Below the pieces are notes generated by a model. The model saw nothing but the letters and a program-made list of their open reading frames with translations. It did not search any database and was not told the origin of the DNA. Source: an uncultured delta proteobacterium (GTDB lineage Bacteria; Desulfobacterota; Desulfobaccia; Desulfobaccales; 0-14-0-80-60-11). Taken from it: a stretch of DNA of 64,000 nt. A program made the translations under genes and the position numbers. The stretch is from NCBI GenBank assembly GCA_963812015.1, contig CAWETI010000003.1, positions 1,152,001 through 1,216,000 of the forward strand. The letters run 5' to 3'. Below are positions 51,429-60,738 of this stretch, in pieces (within the stretch, counting starts at the first letter, position 1; each line of letters starts with the position of its first letter).

Positions 51429-52604
51429 ATGAAGCGGAAAATTGTTTTTACCAGCCGGGATCCGGGAGCAGCAGGTCAACTGCTGCCAATCATCGAGCAG
51501 GTTAAGAAAGACGACTGGCTCATTCCCTATGTGGTGGCTTCGGGCGCGGCCCTGAAGTTTTTTACGTCAGCAGGGCACCATTGCATTCCCTTTGAGGAGG
51601 AAGTGGCCAGTGGTTACGACCAGAATGATTACCCAGTGCAACCGGCCAATGCTCGTGTCCGGGGGCTCGTCGACCAGGCCAGGGGGTTCCTGAACGCGTT
51701 GGACCCGGTTATTTTGGTTACCGGCCAGTCGTCGATGGGGTTTGGGGTAGACGAAATATTCATGTACGTAGCCAGGACCTTCAAACCGCATATTACCACT
51801 TTTACTTTTTTTGATTTTTGGGGCGGCTTTAATTCCTTAGGCGGGACACATGCGCACCACCTTCTGGTAATGGATGAGTTCGCGGCCAAGCTGACGGCCC
51901 CAGGGCGCCAATGCCAGATTCATGTCGTAGGCTCACCCAAACACGAAGTCAGCAGTCGTGTAAATGTTGCGGAGATTCGGAGGCAGGGCCGCATCGATCT
52001 AGGCCTGGACCATGAGACCCTGGCGATAAGCTTCTTTGCCCAAACTTCTAAGATTGCCGGCTATGTGGATAATTTTGCGTGTCTGATTGCAGCCCTGAGC
52101 GACATGAAGAGGAAGAATTTCAAGTTCTTCATTAAGGCTCATCCAAAGGAGATTGTAGAAACCGATAAGTTATTGGAATACGCCAGAAGCAAAGGAGTGG
52201 CGGCCCTCGTTTTTGCTGATCCCGCGGATAATCTGAAACTCATGGCTGCTTCTGATATCATTATACTGTGCACCTCCTTGATCTGCCTCGACCATGCGTA
52301 TCTGTCAAGTTCAGCCGCCACCCCCATCGGCTGTGTTCTCTATTTGGCCGTGGGGGAGGAAATCAAGGCTTATATGAGAGAAAACTACGGATTTGTGAGA
52401 AATCCCCTGGTGCAAATGGGAGTGGGATACGTGGCTGAGACCGCAACAGACTTGGAGCGCCAGCTTGCCGACATCGGGTCCAACAGTGAGATGATCGACA
52501 AGTATTTTAAGGAATCACAAAAGCTGAAGGGAGGTAAGGCGGTGCGGAATGTGGTTAATCTCTTGTACCAATATGCCTCCGGGGAGAGTGTATGGCCGAA
52601 CTAG
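51429..52604 (+). CDS. Putative glycosyltransferase (GT-B, HP motif)
   Basis: SRDPGAA, DFW, VVGSP, IKAHPKE, SDIIILCTS. Confidence 0.65.
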   Translation: MKRKIVFTSRDPGAAGQLLPIIEQVKKDDWLIPYVVASGAALKFFTSAGHHCIPFEEEVASGYDQNDYPVQPANARVRGLVDQARGFLNALDPVILVTGQSSMGFGVDEIFMYVARTFKPHITTFTFFDFWGGFNSLGGTHAHHLLVMDEFAAKLTAPGRQCQIHVVGSPKHEVSSRVNVAEIRRQGRIDLGLDHETLAISFFAQTSKIAGYVDNFACLIAALSDMKRKNFKFFIKAHPKEIVETDKLLEYARSKGVAALVFADPADNLKLMAASDIIILCTSLICLDHAYLSSSAATPIGCVLYLAVGEEIKAYMRENYGFVRNPLVQMGVGYVAETATDLERQLADIGSNSEMIDKYFKESQKLKGGKAVRNVVNLLYQYASGESVWPN

Positions 52605-53806
52605 AAGCCTTCTATGGTCTTCCCCGGACCGTAGTCTTTTGCAGCAAATGCGTAATTTCCAACCAGCGGCCCAGCTCGGTGGTGGAGTTTAAAAGCAAGG
52701 CTGGGGATCCTAAGCCTACCATCGAATTTGATAAGGAAGGGGTCTGCAGCGCTTGCCGCTTTGCCGAAAAAAAAGAGAAGATCATTGATTGGACCCAACG
52801 GGAAGCGGAGCTGAAGGAACTCTGCGCCAAACACCGCAGCAAAGACGGCCGGTATGATTGTATCGTCCCCGGCAGCGGTGGTAAGGATAGCACTTTTGCG
52901 GCTCATATCTTAAAATACCAGTACGGCATGAATCCACTCACCGTAACCTGGGCCCCACATAAGTATACGAAAGTGGGTTGGAAAAATTTTCAAAACTGGA
53001 TGCACGCGGGTTTCGATAACATCCTGGTCACTCCCAATGGAAAAGTACACCGGCTCTTGACCAGACTGGCGTTCGAAATTTTATGCCACCCATTTCAACC
53101 CTTTATTATCGGCCAGAAGCTTATTGCACCGCGGTTTTCTGGGATGTTCGGCATCCCGTTAATCTTTTATGGCGAAAATCAGGCGGAATACGGGAACAAT
53201 ATTGAGGAGAATGATCGTCCGACCATGGATCCGGCTTTTTTCATGGCGGAGCCTAACCTGGACACTATGGTTCTGGGTGGGGTTCCGGCCCTTCAATTGA
53301 TGGAAGAATACGAGGTGAGCCGCAACGATTTGAACCCTTACCTGTCCATCGACCCGCAACGGCTCAGGGAGGTGGGGACCGAGGTCCACTATTTGAGCTA
53401 TTATTTAAGGTGGGATCCCCAGGAGTGTTATTATTACGCCGCGGAGCACACCGGTTTTCAGGCCAATACGGAGCGCACCGAGGGTTCCTATTCCAAGTAT
53501 TCCTCCATCGACGATCGCATAGACCCCTTGCATTACTACACTACGTATATTAAATTCGGCATCGGCCGGGCCACTTATGACGCGGCCCAGGAAATCAGAA
53601 ACCAGAAGATTACCCGGGAGGAGGGGGTGGCTCTGGTGCACCGTTTCGATCACGAGTTTCCCAGCAATTACTTCCAGGAGATCCTTGAATATATGGGGAT
53701 CACCGAAGCAAGATTCTGGGAAGTCATTGATCGGGCACGTTCCCCTCACCTCTGGAAAAAAGAGCATGGTTCATGGGTGCTGAGGCACAGGGTGCAAAAT
53801 TTATGA
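52592..53806 (+). CDS. N-acetyl sugar amidotransferase (PseA/WbuX family)
   Basis: CSKC..RP, CSAC, YDCIVPGSGGKDS, KFGIGRAT. Confidence 0.92.
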   Translation: MAELEAFYGLPRTVVFCSKCVISNQRPSSVVEFKSKAGDPKPTIEFDKEGVCSACRFAEKKEKIIDWTQREAELKELCAKHRSKDGRYDCIVPGSGGKDSTFAAHILKYQYGMNPLTVTWAPHKYTKVGWKNFQNWMHAGFDNILVTPNGKVHRLLTRLAFEILCHPFQPFIIGQKLIAPRFSGMFGIPLIFYGENQAEYGNNIEENDRPTMDPAFFMAEPNLDTMVLGGVPALQLMEEYEVSRNDLNPYLSIDPQRLREVGTEVHYLSYYLRWDPQECYYYAAEHTGFQANTERTEGSYSKYSSIDDRIDPLHYYTTYIKFGIGRATYDAAQEIRNQKITREEGVALVHRFDHEFPSNYFQEILEYMGITEARFWEVIDRARSPHLWKKEHGSWVLRHRVQNL

Positions 53807-53887
53807 CAAAAATATTTCCCTCCATGCCTGGTCCCGCAAGGCAACTTGCCGATTCGAGCCAAATCCACTAACAAGAAGGTCCAAAGG

Positions 53888-54586
53888 GTGTCAAAGATTT
53901 GTGGCATCATCCCCGCTCGCGGCGGGTCAAAGCGTCTGCCCAAGAAAAACCTGCTGCCTTTGGCCGGGGTGCCATTGATTGGGCATACTATTCTGGCTGC
54001 ACAAGCGTGTCCCGGAATCACGGAATGCATTGTCAGCACCGAGGATGCTGAGATCAAGCGGGTCAGTCTGGCTTATGGCGCCAGGGTTATTGACCGGCCG
54101 GCCCATTTGGCCACTGATGAGGCCCAGACCCATGAAGTGGTGGCGCATGTCCTGGAAGAGCTCCGGGCCGAAGGGCAACTGCCTGACTATTTGGTTCTGC
54201 TGCAGCCGACCTCGCCCTTACGCCAAGCTGCCCACATTCAGGCTTGTCTGGATGCATTTTTTGCGTCCACAGCAGTCAGCGCCATTAGCGTGAGCAAAGA
54301 GGAACATCACCCGTATAAAGACTTCCTCGTGCAAGGTGGCTTGTTGCAGCCGCTCTTCGAAGGTCAGAATCCGGAACTGGTCCGACAGAAATTACCTGAG
54401 GTATATCGCCAGAACGGGGCAATTTATCTCCTGTCGTCGGAGCTGTTTCTCTCCAAGCTGGTGTTTTTCAACCCTCCCGCCTTGGCCTTCATCATGAACC
54501 AGGAAGACAGTATCGACATCGACATCGAGGTCGACCTCTTATTGGCAGAATTAATCATGGCGAGGCGAAATAAGGGAGCTGCCTGA
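53888..54586 (+). CDS. neuA: Acylneuraminate cytidylyltransferase
   Basis: IPARGGSKRLPKKN, LLQPTSPLR, QNGAIY, SIDID. Confidence 0.9.
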   Translation: MSKICGIIPARGGSKRLPKKNLLPLAGVPLIGHTILAAQACPGITECIVSTEDAEIKRVSLAYGARVIDRPAHLATDEAQTHEVVAHVLEELRAEGQLPDYLVLLQPTSPLRQAAHIQACLDAFFASTAVSAISVSKEEHHPYKDFLVQGGLLQPLFEGQNPELVRQKLPEVYRQNGAIYLLSSELFLSKLVFFNPPALAFIMNQEDSIDIDIEVDLLLAELIMARRNKGAA

Positions 54587-54602
54587 TCTCTGATAAATTA
54601 TT

Positions 54603-55364
54603 ATGAGTAATGTTAGGTTGATCGCGAGGCTCGATATTAAAGGCCCCAATCTGATTAAAGGCATCCAGCTCGAAGGTCTTCGAGTGTTGGGCGACCCCAA
54701 TGATTTTGCCCGGCGTTATTATGAAGACGGGGCCGACGAAATCATTTATCTGGATGTGGTGGCAAGCCTTTATGGGCGTGACAATTTAATGAAGGTTATT
54801 TCCCACACGACCCAGGCCGTGTTTATTCCCTTAACCGTAGGCGGCGGGGTGAGGTCTATCGATGATGTTAAGGAGTTGCTGCGGGCCGGGGCCGACAAGG
54901 TGGCCATTAATACCGCGGCGGTGAAGGACCCCGGGTTAATTACCAGGGTGGCCCACCGTTTTGGGTCGCAGTGTATGGTCCTTTCCATCGAAGCCAAACG
55001 CGTGGGCTCCGGGAAGTGGGAGGCCTACACCGACAACGGCCGGGAACGGACGTGGTTGGACGCGGTTACGTGGGCCCAACAAGGGGTTGGCCTGGGGGCG
55101 GGAGAGATTCTCTTGACCTCAGTGGACCGGGAAGGCACTAGGAAGGGCTTTGATGTGGAGTTGGTCCGGGCCGTGTCCGAAACCGTGGACGTACCCGTCA
55201 TCGCCAGCGGCGGCATGGGAAGCATCCAACATTTACTTGAGGTGGTTAGGGTGGGGAAGGCGGATGCGGTGGCCATGGCCGACATCATCCACTACCGCCG
55301 CCAAACATTGCTCCAAATCAGGCAGGCCGCCCTGGCGGCCGGCTTGTCGGTGCGAGAGTTATGA
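54603..55364 (+). CDS. Glycan-locus HisF paralogue (WbuZ-like)
   Basis: IARLDIK, PLTVGGG, GADKVAINT, TSVDREGT, PVIASGG. Confidence 0.9.
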   Translation: MSNVRLIARLDIKGPNLIKGIQLEGLRVLGDPNDFARRYYEDGADEIIYLDVVASLYGRDNLMKVISHTTQAVFIPLTVGGGVRSIDDVKELLRAGADKVAINTAAVKDPGLITRVAHRFGSQCMVLSIEAKRVGSGKWEAYTDNGRERTWLDAVTWAQQGVGLGAGEILLTSVDREGTRKGFDVELVRAVSETVDVPVIASGGMGSIQHLLEVVRVGKADAVAMADIIHYRRQTLLQIRQAALAAGLSVREL

Positions 55365-56005
55365 AGCGATTTGTCTCGGTGGTTGATTATGGCATGGGGA
55401 ATCTGCGCAGTGTTCATATGGCCTTAAAACACTGTGGCGGCGAAGTCCAGATCACTGATTCGCCGAACCAGATTCGCTCGGCGGACCGCTTGGTCCTCCC
55501 AGGGGTTGGAGCCTTCGCGGACGGCATGGCCGAATTGCAGCTAAGGGGACTGGTGGCAGCCATTCAAGAATATGCCCAAAGGGGCCACCCCTTTCTGGGT
55601 ATTTGCTTGGGCATGCAGATGATGTTTGATGGTAGTGAAGAGTTTCAGGATACCACCGGGTTGGGCCTAATCCCCGGCAAGGTTGTGGCGATTCCGCCCA
55701 CTGCGGCAGACGGCCTCCCCCACAAGATTCCCCATATGGGCTGGAACAAGTTACTCATCCCGGTGGCCGGGGCCCAATGGGATAAAACCATTCTTGATGG
55801 CATTAAGCCCGGGGTTGAGGTATACTTTGTCCATTCATACACTAGCGTCCCTGACCGCGTCGCAGACCGCCTGGCGGATTCCGACTATTATGGGCGGATA
55901 ATTTCCGCCGCGGTGCGGTCCGATAATTTATCTGGCTGTCAGTTTCATCCGGAAAAAAGCGGGGAAGTGGGGCTGCACATTATTCGAAATTTCCTGGCGC
56001 TTTGA
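55361..56005 (+). CDS. Glycan-locus HisH glutamine amidotransferase paralogue (WbuY-like)
   Basis: DYGMGNL, PGVGAF, GICLGMQ, YFVHSY, QFHPEKS. Confidence 0.9.
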   Translation: MKRFVSVVDYGMGNLRSVHMALKHCGGEVQITDSPNQIRSADRLVLPGVGAFADGMAELQLRGLVAAIQEYAQRGHPFLGICLGMQMMFDGSEEFQDTTGLGLIPGKVVAIPPTAADGLPHKIPHMGWNKLLIPVAGAQWDKTILDGIKPGVEVYFVHSYTSVPDRVADRLADSDYYGRIISAAVRSDNLSGCQFHPEKSGEVGLHIIRNFLAL

Positions 56006-56016
56006 GGAATGATGGG

Positions 56017-56754
56017 ATGGATACAAGAAAAGATCACCTGATTAATGCAGCTTATCGTAACCAGGCGCATTATATCACTGAGGGATGGAGCCAGAAGCCG
56101 AAGGAAATTTTCAAGAAGCTGGTCTCTCTGATCCAAAGGCAGTCGGGCCACGAAAACGCCAGGGTGCTTGATGTGGGTTGTGCCACCGGAGAATTGATCT
56201 ACTATTTGAAATCTTGTTTTGGTGGGATGGAGCTAACCGGAGTCGATATTTTTCCAGAGCTTATTGAAGAAGCGCAACATCTGGCACCTTTTGCGCATTT
56301 TCAAATGGCTTCGGTTACGGATTTACCGGAAGATCTTACCGACCGCTACGATATTGTGCTGGCCATGGGAGTTTTGGGGATTTTCGATATTAAAGAAGCG
56401 CCGCGATTTTTTGGAAATCTCTTGCGATGCACCCACAAAGGAGGGAGGATTTACGTTTCCAGCCACTTCAACGATCATCCCGCGGATGTCATGATTCGCC
56501 ACCGTAAGCGCATGAATGGACAATTAAGAGATTGGGAAAAGGGCTGGAATATCTATTCCAAGGAAACTATTGGAGAAATCCTCCAGGGACAGTGCAAGAC
56601 CCACCAATTCCATGAGTTTCACCTACCGATCCCCTTAGCACCAAAACCTGACCCGGTGCGGTCCTGGACTATCCGAACTGAGCACAACCCTTATCAATTG
56701 GTAAATGGCTTAAAATTGATGATCGATCTGAGTATACTGGAAATAGTGGTCTGA
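56017..56754 (+). CDS. Class I SAM-dependent methyltransferase
   Basis: VLDVGCATG, GVDI, YDIV; RBS GAGGA. Confidence 0.88.
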   Translation: MDTRKDHLINAAYRNQAHYITEGWSQKPKEIFKKLVSLIQRQSGHENARVLDVGCATGELIYYLKSCFGGMELTGVDIFPELIEEAQHLAPFAHFQMASVTDLPEDLTDRYDIVLAMGVLGIFDIKEAPRFFGNLLRCTHKGGRIYVSSHFNDHPADVMIRHRKRMNGQLRDWEKGWNIYSKETIGEILQGQCKTHQFHEFHLPIPLAPKPDPVRSWTIRTEHNPYQLVNGLKLMIDLSILEIVV

Positions 56755-56836
56755 AAACTTATCTGACTGCCAGTTTCATCCGGGAAGAAGCGGGGCTATT
56801 GGCTTGAAACTTTTAAAAAATTTCCTGGAACTGTAA
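56747..56836 (+). pseudogene. Relic 3' end of a second hisH allele
   Basis: SENLSDCQFHPGRSGAIGLKLLKNFLEL* versus SDNLSGCQFHPEKSGEVGLHIIRNFLAL*. Confidence 0.8.
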
Positions 56837-56837
56837 T

Positions 56838-57896
56838 ATGCGTGGGGAAATAGAGCCGGTTAATCTGGGCGGGGTGATGGTGGGCGATGCATACCCCACG
56901 GTATTTATGGCAGAAATCGGCGCTTTTTTTGATCAGGACGTCGATCTGGCCCTCAGCTACTTATATGCCAGCGCAGCAGCCGGAGCGGCGGTCTTCAAAA
57001 CCGAAATCCTCTTAAATCCTGATATCTGCCTGGCGGGTACGGGTACGACCTACACTTACACTCACTCTCGAGGCACGGCTGCCGAAGAGTTGCGGTCGAT
57101 CATCGAACGGAAAATCGTGCCTGTAGAAGGTTACAAGAGGTTGTTTAGGGAATGCCACGAGTTAAACCTGCCCTTTGTGTGCAGCGTATTCGATACTGAA
57201 GGCATTGACCTGGTGGTTCAGGAAAACGGGGTTGGCATTAAGATTGCGCGTGACAATATCGATAATATCGGTTTGATTCGCTATGCTGCCGCCACCGGAT
57301 TGGTTCTCTTTTTCGACGCGGGAAACGTTACGTTAGATGAACTTGCCCTGGCCGTGAGGACTGCCCGGGAATCCGGCACCGGCGGCATCATCATCAATCA
57401 CCACCCTGCGGCTAATCCGGCTCCCCCGGAAGTTCACCACCTTCGGGTTATCGAGACCTACAAAAAAATGTTTAAGGTCCCCATCGGGCTTGCCTGCCAT
57501 TACCGTGGCAATGAGATCATGTATGCGGCCGTCGGGGCTGGGGTGAACCTCATCGAAAAAGGCATTGATGCTGATCCGGATCGACTTGATCTGGATCTAA
57601 TTTCCGCTGCCAGCCTGGCAGAGTTACCTGATATCGTCCAACAGGTCCGTAATTGCTGGCTGGCCCTGGGGCAGGATACCCCCCAGATCAAGGAGCCCAG
57701 AAAGACCGCCTTCCGGAAATGCCTCATCGCCAAAAAGGACATCGTAAGGGGGGAAAAGCTAACCATCGAAAACCTCGGTTTTGCCTTGCCCCCGCTGGGC
57801 ATCCCTCCAAACTTTTGGGATCTTATCGTTGACAAGGAAGCAGCAAGAGATATCGCCAAGAACAAGGTTCTGGTCTGGGAGGATATCAAAATGTAG
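56838..57896 (+). CDS. Divergent NeuB-family protein with SAF domain
   Basis: MAEIG, SVFD, IKIA, HLRVI..PIG..H, IEK, SAF-like C-terminus; several canonical motifs altered. Confidence 0.8.
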   Translation: MRGEIEPVNLGGVMVGDAYPTVFMAEIGAFFDQDVDLALSYLYASAAAGAAVFKTEILLNPDICLAGTGTTYTYTHSRGTAAEELRSIIERKIVPVEGYKRLFRECHELNLPFVCSVFDTEGIDLVVQENGVGIKIARDNIDNIGLIRYAAATGLVLFFDAGNVTLDELALAVRTARESGTGGIIINHHPAANPAPPEVHHLRVIETYKKMFKVPIGLACHYRGNEIMYAAVGAGVNLIEKGIDADPDRLDLDLISAASLAELPDIVQQVRNCWLALGQDTPQIKEPRKTAFRKCLIAKKDIVRGEKLTIENLGFALPPLGIPPNFWDLIVDKEAARDIAKNKVLVWEDIKM

Positions 57897-58017
57897 TTCT
57901 CTGCTTATTTTCTAAGCCGTCTTGAAATCTTTGTGGGGCAAAATGCCCATCCTTGATGGGTAATTTGTTAAAGATCATAGCATTTCCAAAATTATCTGAC
58001 CTAATAATTATGTAGGG

Positions 58018-58350
58018 GTGCAGTTTTTATTAAAATATGATGATTTTGCCCAAATGAGAACAATAAGCCCAGTCAATGTTTACCCAGGAAGTCCATTATA
58101 TTACTATGCCATTGAAAAAGGATTGCTTAAGGATTGTCAGGATTTCTATGAAAACAAGCACATTAACTCAGACTTGCTAACGGTTAATTTTACTGAATTG
58201 TCTGATCAGGAGTTTCATGAGGCTCTCCATCATGCAAATTCAAGGTTAATCGAGAACTATCATAAAGCTAAACTAAGTTATTATTTAAAGCAAACCGATA
58301 ACCTGTACTTTAACACTGACGCTAGCTTTCGAGGCTATAGGCAGTACTGA
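58018..58350 (+). pseudogene. C-terminal remnant of a radical SAM protein (B12-binding type likely)
   Basis: Begins mid-domain; PVNVYPGSPLYYYAIEKGLL resembles the PYPGT/SxLY motif; no CxxxCxxC upstream. Confidence 0.6.
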
Positions 58351-58372
58351 ACTTGCTTTAGCGGATTTCTTT

Positions 58373-59404
58373 ATGAAATTAAGACAGGCGGAATTGGCCT
58401 GGCCTGGTGGAGATACCCCGGGAAAACTCAGGTTCAAAGGGAAAGTCGCCGATTATGCGGCGGAGATCATAATTAAGGCACTGCGCGGGGTCTTTCCCGA
58501 CACGCAAATCGATGACCATCAAATTACTGCCTTACAGCCCACCTCAGATATTCCTGGACGGTATCGATTTTCCTGCAAAAGCGGTGATTGGTTTGTCAGA
58601 ATATCTGCCCGCTTGGGCCATCCTGAACTGGAAAAAAGTGTCATCGATCATCTGTCGGCCTCCGGATTAACGGTGAACCCCATCGTAGCGTTCCAGCTAG
58701 TTGAGCTGGATGGGCAGCAATTCCGCCTGGATGTGCGTCCATTTTTGCGGGGCAGACATTTTAACGGCTCTTTAGATGATATTGCTCGGGTCGCCTGCCA
58801 CCTCAGGATGGTTCATCGGGCTCTGGCGAATTTTGAAGGGGCCGGACAAATCCATCAGATAGCCAGCCATCAGTATGAAGGGCTTGCCGGAATTAAAGAT
58901 CGTATGGCCCATTGCCTGGCAAGAGGAAACTTTGACTTCTTCGCTGAGCATGCCGAGTGGGCCAGGGAGCAGGCAAGGTGGCTCAGGGACCTGGTTGAAA
59001 TGTTCGACCCCCGGCTGCAGTTCAGCCCATTGGCCCAGTGCATACACGGAGAAGTTCATCCTGGCAATGTCATCTTTTCCCAAGAAGGCGAGGTCGTGCT
59101 GGTCGATTTCGAGGAGAGTGTGCATCATTTCACCTCACCCTTATGGGACCTGACCTTTTTGGTGCAACGCTTTTGTCTCGGGGATGACCCGGAGGAGGCA
59201 CTCCTTCGAGAGAGGCTATCGGTGGTTGCTGAGCAGTATGGCACGTCCTTACAAGGGCTGTCTTTGATGATGCGACAGATCGCCTGGTATTCCGTGGCTA
59301 TGCTGCTGCATTATCGGCTTAATCATGTCGTCTCGCCCAGGTCTGAATGGGACAAATTTGTTAGGCTCGAACGCCAGGCCCGGACCTTAGAACATATTTT
59401 ATGA
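58373..59404 (+). CDS. APH/choline-kinase-fold phosphotransferase
   Basis: CIHGEVHPGNV, LVDFE, WDL. Confidence 0.8.
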   Translation: MKLRQAELAWPGGDTPGKLRFKGKVADYAAEIIIKALRGVFPDTQIDDHQITALQPTSDIPGRYRFSCKSGDWFVRISARLGHPELEKSVIDHLSASGLTVNPIVAFQLVELDGQQFRLDVRPFLRGRHFNGSLDDIARVACHLRMVHRALANFEGAGQIHQIASHQYEGLAGIKDRMAHCLARGNFDFFAEHAEWAREQARWLRDLVEMFDPRLQFSPLAQCIHGEVHPGNVIFSQEGEVVLVDFEESVHHFTSPLWDLTFLVQRFCLGDDPEEALLRERLSVVAEQYGTSLQGLSLMMRQIAWYSVAMLLHYRLNHVVSPRSEWDKFVRLERQARTLEHIL

Positions 59405-59635
59405 GCCACCATAAAAAAATCCTGTTCTCCACCCGTGATCCGGGGGCAGCATGAAAAACCTAAGCTGGTTCTGAAAGAGCACCCGAAGTCACGCCGAGTG
59501 AGGAATCAGCATGTTGAAAAGGCGGAGGACATGGCTGTCGACATTGATGAACCCGAGTACTGGGAGCACCTATCAAGTCTTATTGCCCGCTGGCATTACG
59601 CCGAAGAGCGCGCTTGGTCTCAGCTGGCGCCATGA
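59401..59635 (+). pseudogene. Internally deleted paralogue of the 51429 gene
   Basis: MSHHKKILFSTRDPGAA* then KLVLKEHPK; compare KRKIVFTSRDPGAA and KFFIKAHPK. Confidence 0.65.
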
Positions 59636-59674
59636 TCAGCCGCGAGGCGCTCAGTACCACCATGAGGCGATTAC

Positions 59675-60508
59675 ATGAATACATCCTTGCTGACAGAATG
59701 GCTGCCGCCAATCGTCTACCGGTCACTGCGCGGTTTAAATTATGAATTGAAGTTCCTGTTGTTTGCGCATAAGGAACTGTTGCATAAAAATCTGAAACTT
59801 AAGGGGGTGGCAAAGGGGAAACGTGCCTTTCTCCTTGCCACCGGCCCGAGTATCAAACAGGAAAACCTCAAACTTCTGGCGGGCGAGGATTGTTTCAGTA
59901 TCAGCAACTTTTTCCTGCATGGTGATATCCAGTTGATAAATCCGGTTTTCCAAGGATTTGCCCCTTATCATAAAGAAATGATCCTGGAAACTTATATCGA
60001 AAACCTCCAGCAGGCGGACCAGGCCCTGCCGCCCCGGACGAAGATCGTGCTCGGCCACCAGACCTACGATATGGTGCAACAATTCGGGCTTTTCCCCGGG
60101 CGTGAGGTGTTTTATCTTTATCTGGCGCCATGCGCAAGTGGGCGACAGATCAATCTCCTGCGGCCGGTAGTCGGCCTCCAGACGGGGTCTATTCTGCTGT
60201 TGCCGCTCATGATCTATATGGGATACGAGCGCATATATCTGCTCGGCTGTGACAACAATAGGATCAGGGATTACAACAAAACTAATTCCAATTTCTACCC
60301 CCCTGAATTAGATATACGCAAAGATTTCAAGAGCATTTGGATTCATGGCATTGAAGCAGAATTTGGGGGATATTTGATAATGTTCGACCAATATAAATAC
60401 TACCAAAATATTATTAAGGGAATATCAACAAGCATCATAAACTTGTCTGTGGATTCCTGGCTTGAAATGTTTCCCTTTGATAGACTTGAAAATATTATAC
60501 ACTCATAA
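59675..60508 (+). CDS. Maf/DUF115-like or GT42-like candidate nonulosonate transferase
   Basis: GKRAFLLATGPSIK, YMGYERIYLLGCD, IINLS. Confidence 0.72.
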   Translation: MNTSLLTEWLPPIVYRSLRGLNYELKFLLFAHKELLHKNLKLKGVAKGKRAFLLATGPSIKQENLKLLAGEDCFSISNFFLHGDIQLINPVFQGFAPYHKEMILETYIENLQQADQALPPRTKIVLGHQTYDMVQQFGLFPGREVFYLYLAPCASGRQINLLRPVVGLQTGSILLLPLMIYMGYERIYLLGCDNNRIRDYNKTNSNFYPPELDIRKDFKSIWIHGIEAEFGGYLIMFDQYKYYQNIIKGISTSIINLSVDSWLEMFPFDRLENIIHS

Positions 60509-60738
60509 TTCGCACCGAGTAATTGATCCTGCTCCCCTTACACTTGTTGTCGGTCATGGCATTACCTCCGTGCGCGCGGATTCTGGTGATCTGGCTTGAC
60601 ACACCCGTGTGCCATGACCTTCTGTTTAACGCACCTCTTTTTGCAGAGCCTTCTGTACATTGCCTTAAGCTAATTATTGCACTGAATAATAACAAATGTT
60701 ACGGGGCAGTCCTGACATGGGTCCCAGCGTAGACTGCT

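Noticed and set aside
54603..56005. hisF/hisH as a histidine biosynthesis operon
   Set aside because: No other his genes are present; linkage to an N-acetyl sugar amidotransferase marks the glycan-associated paralogues.
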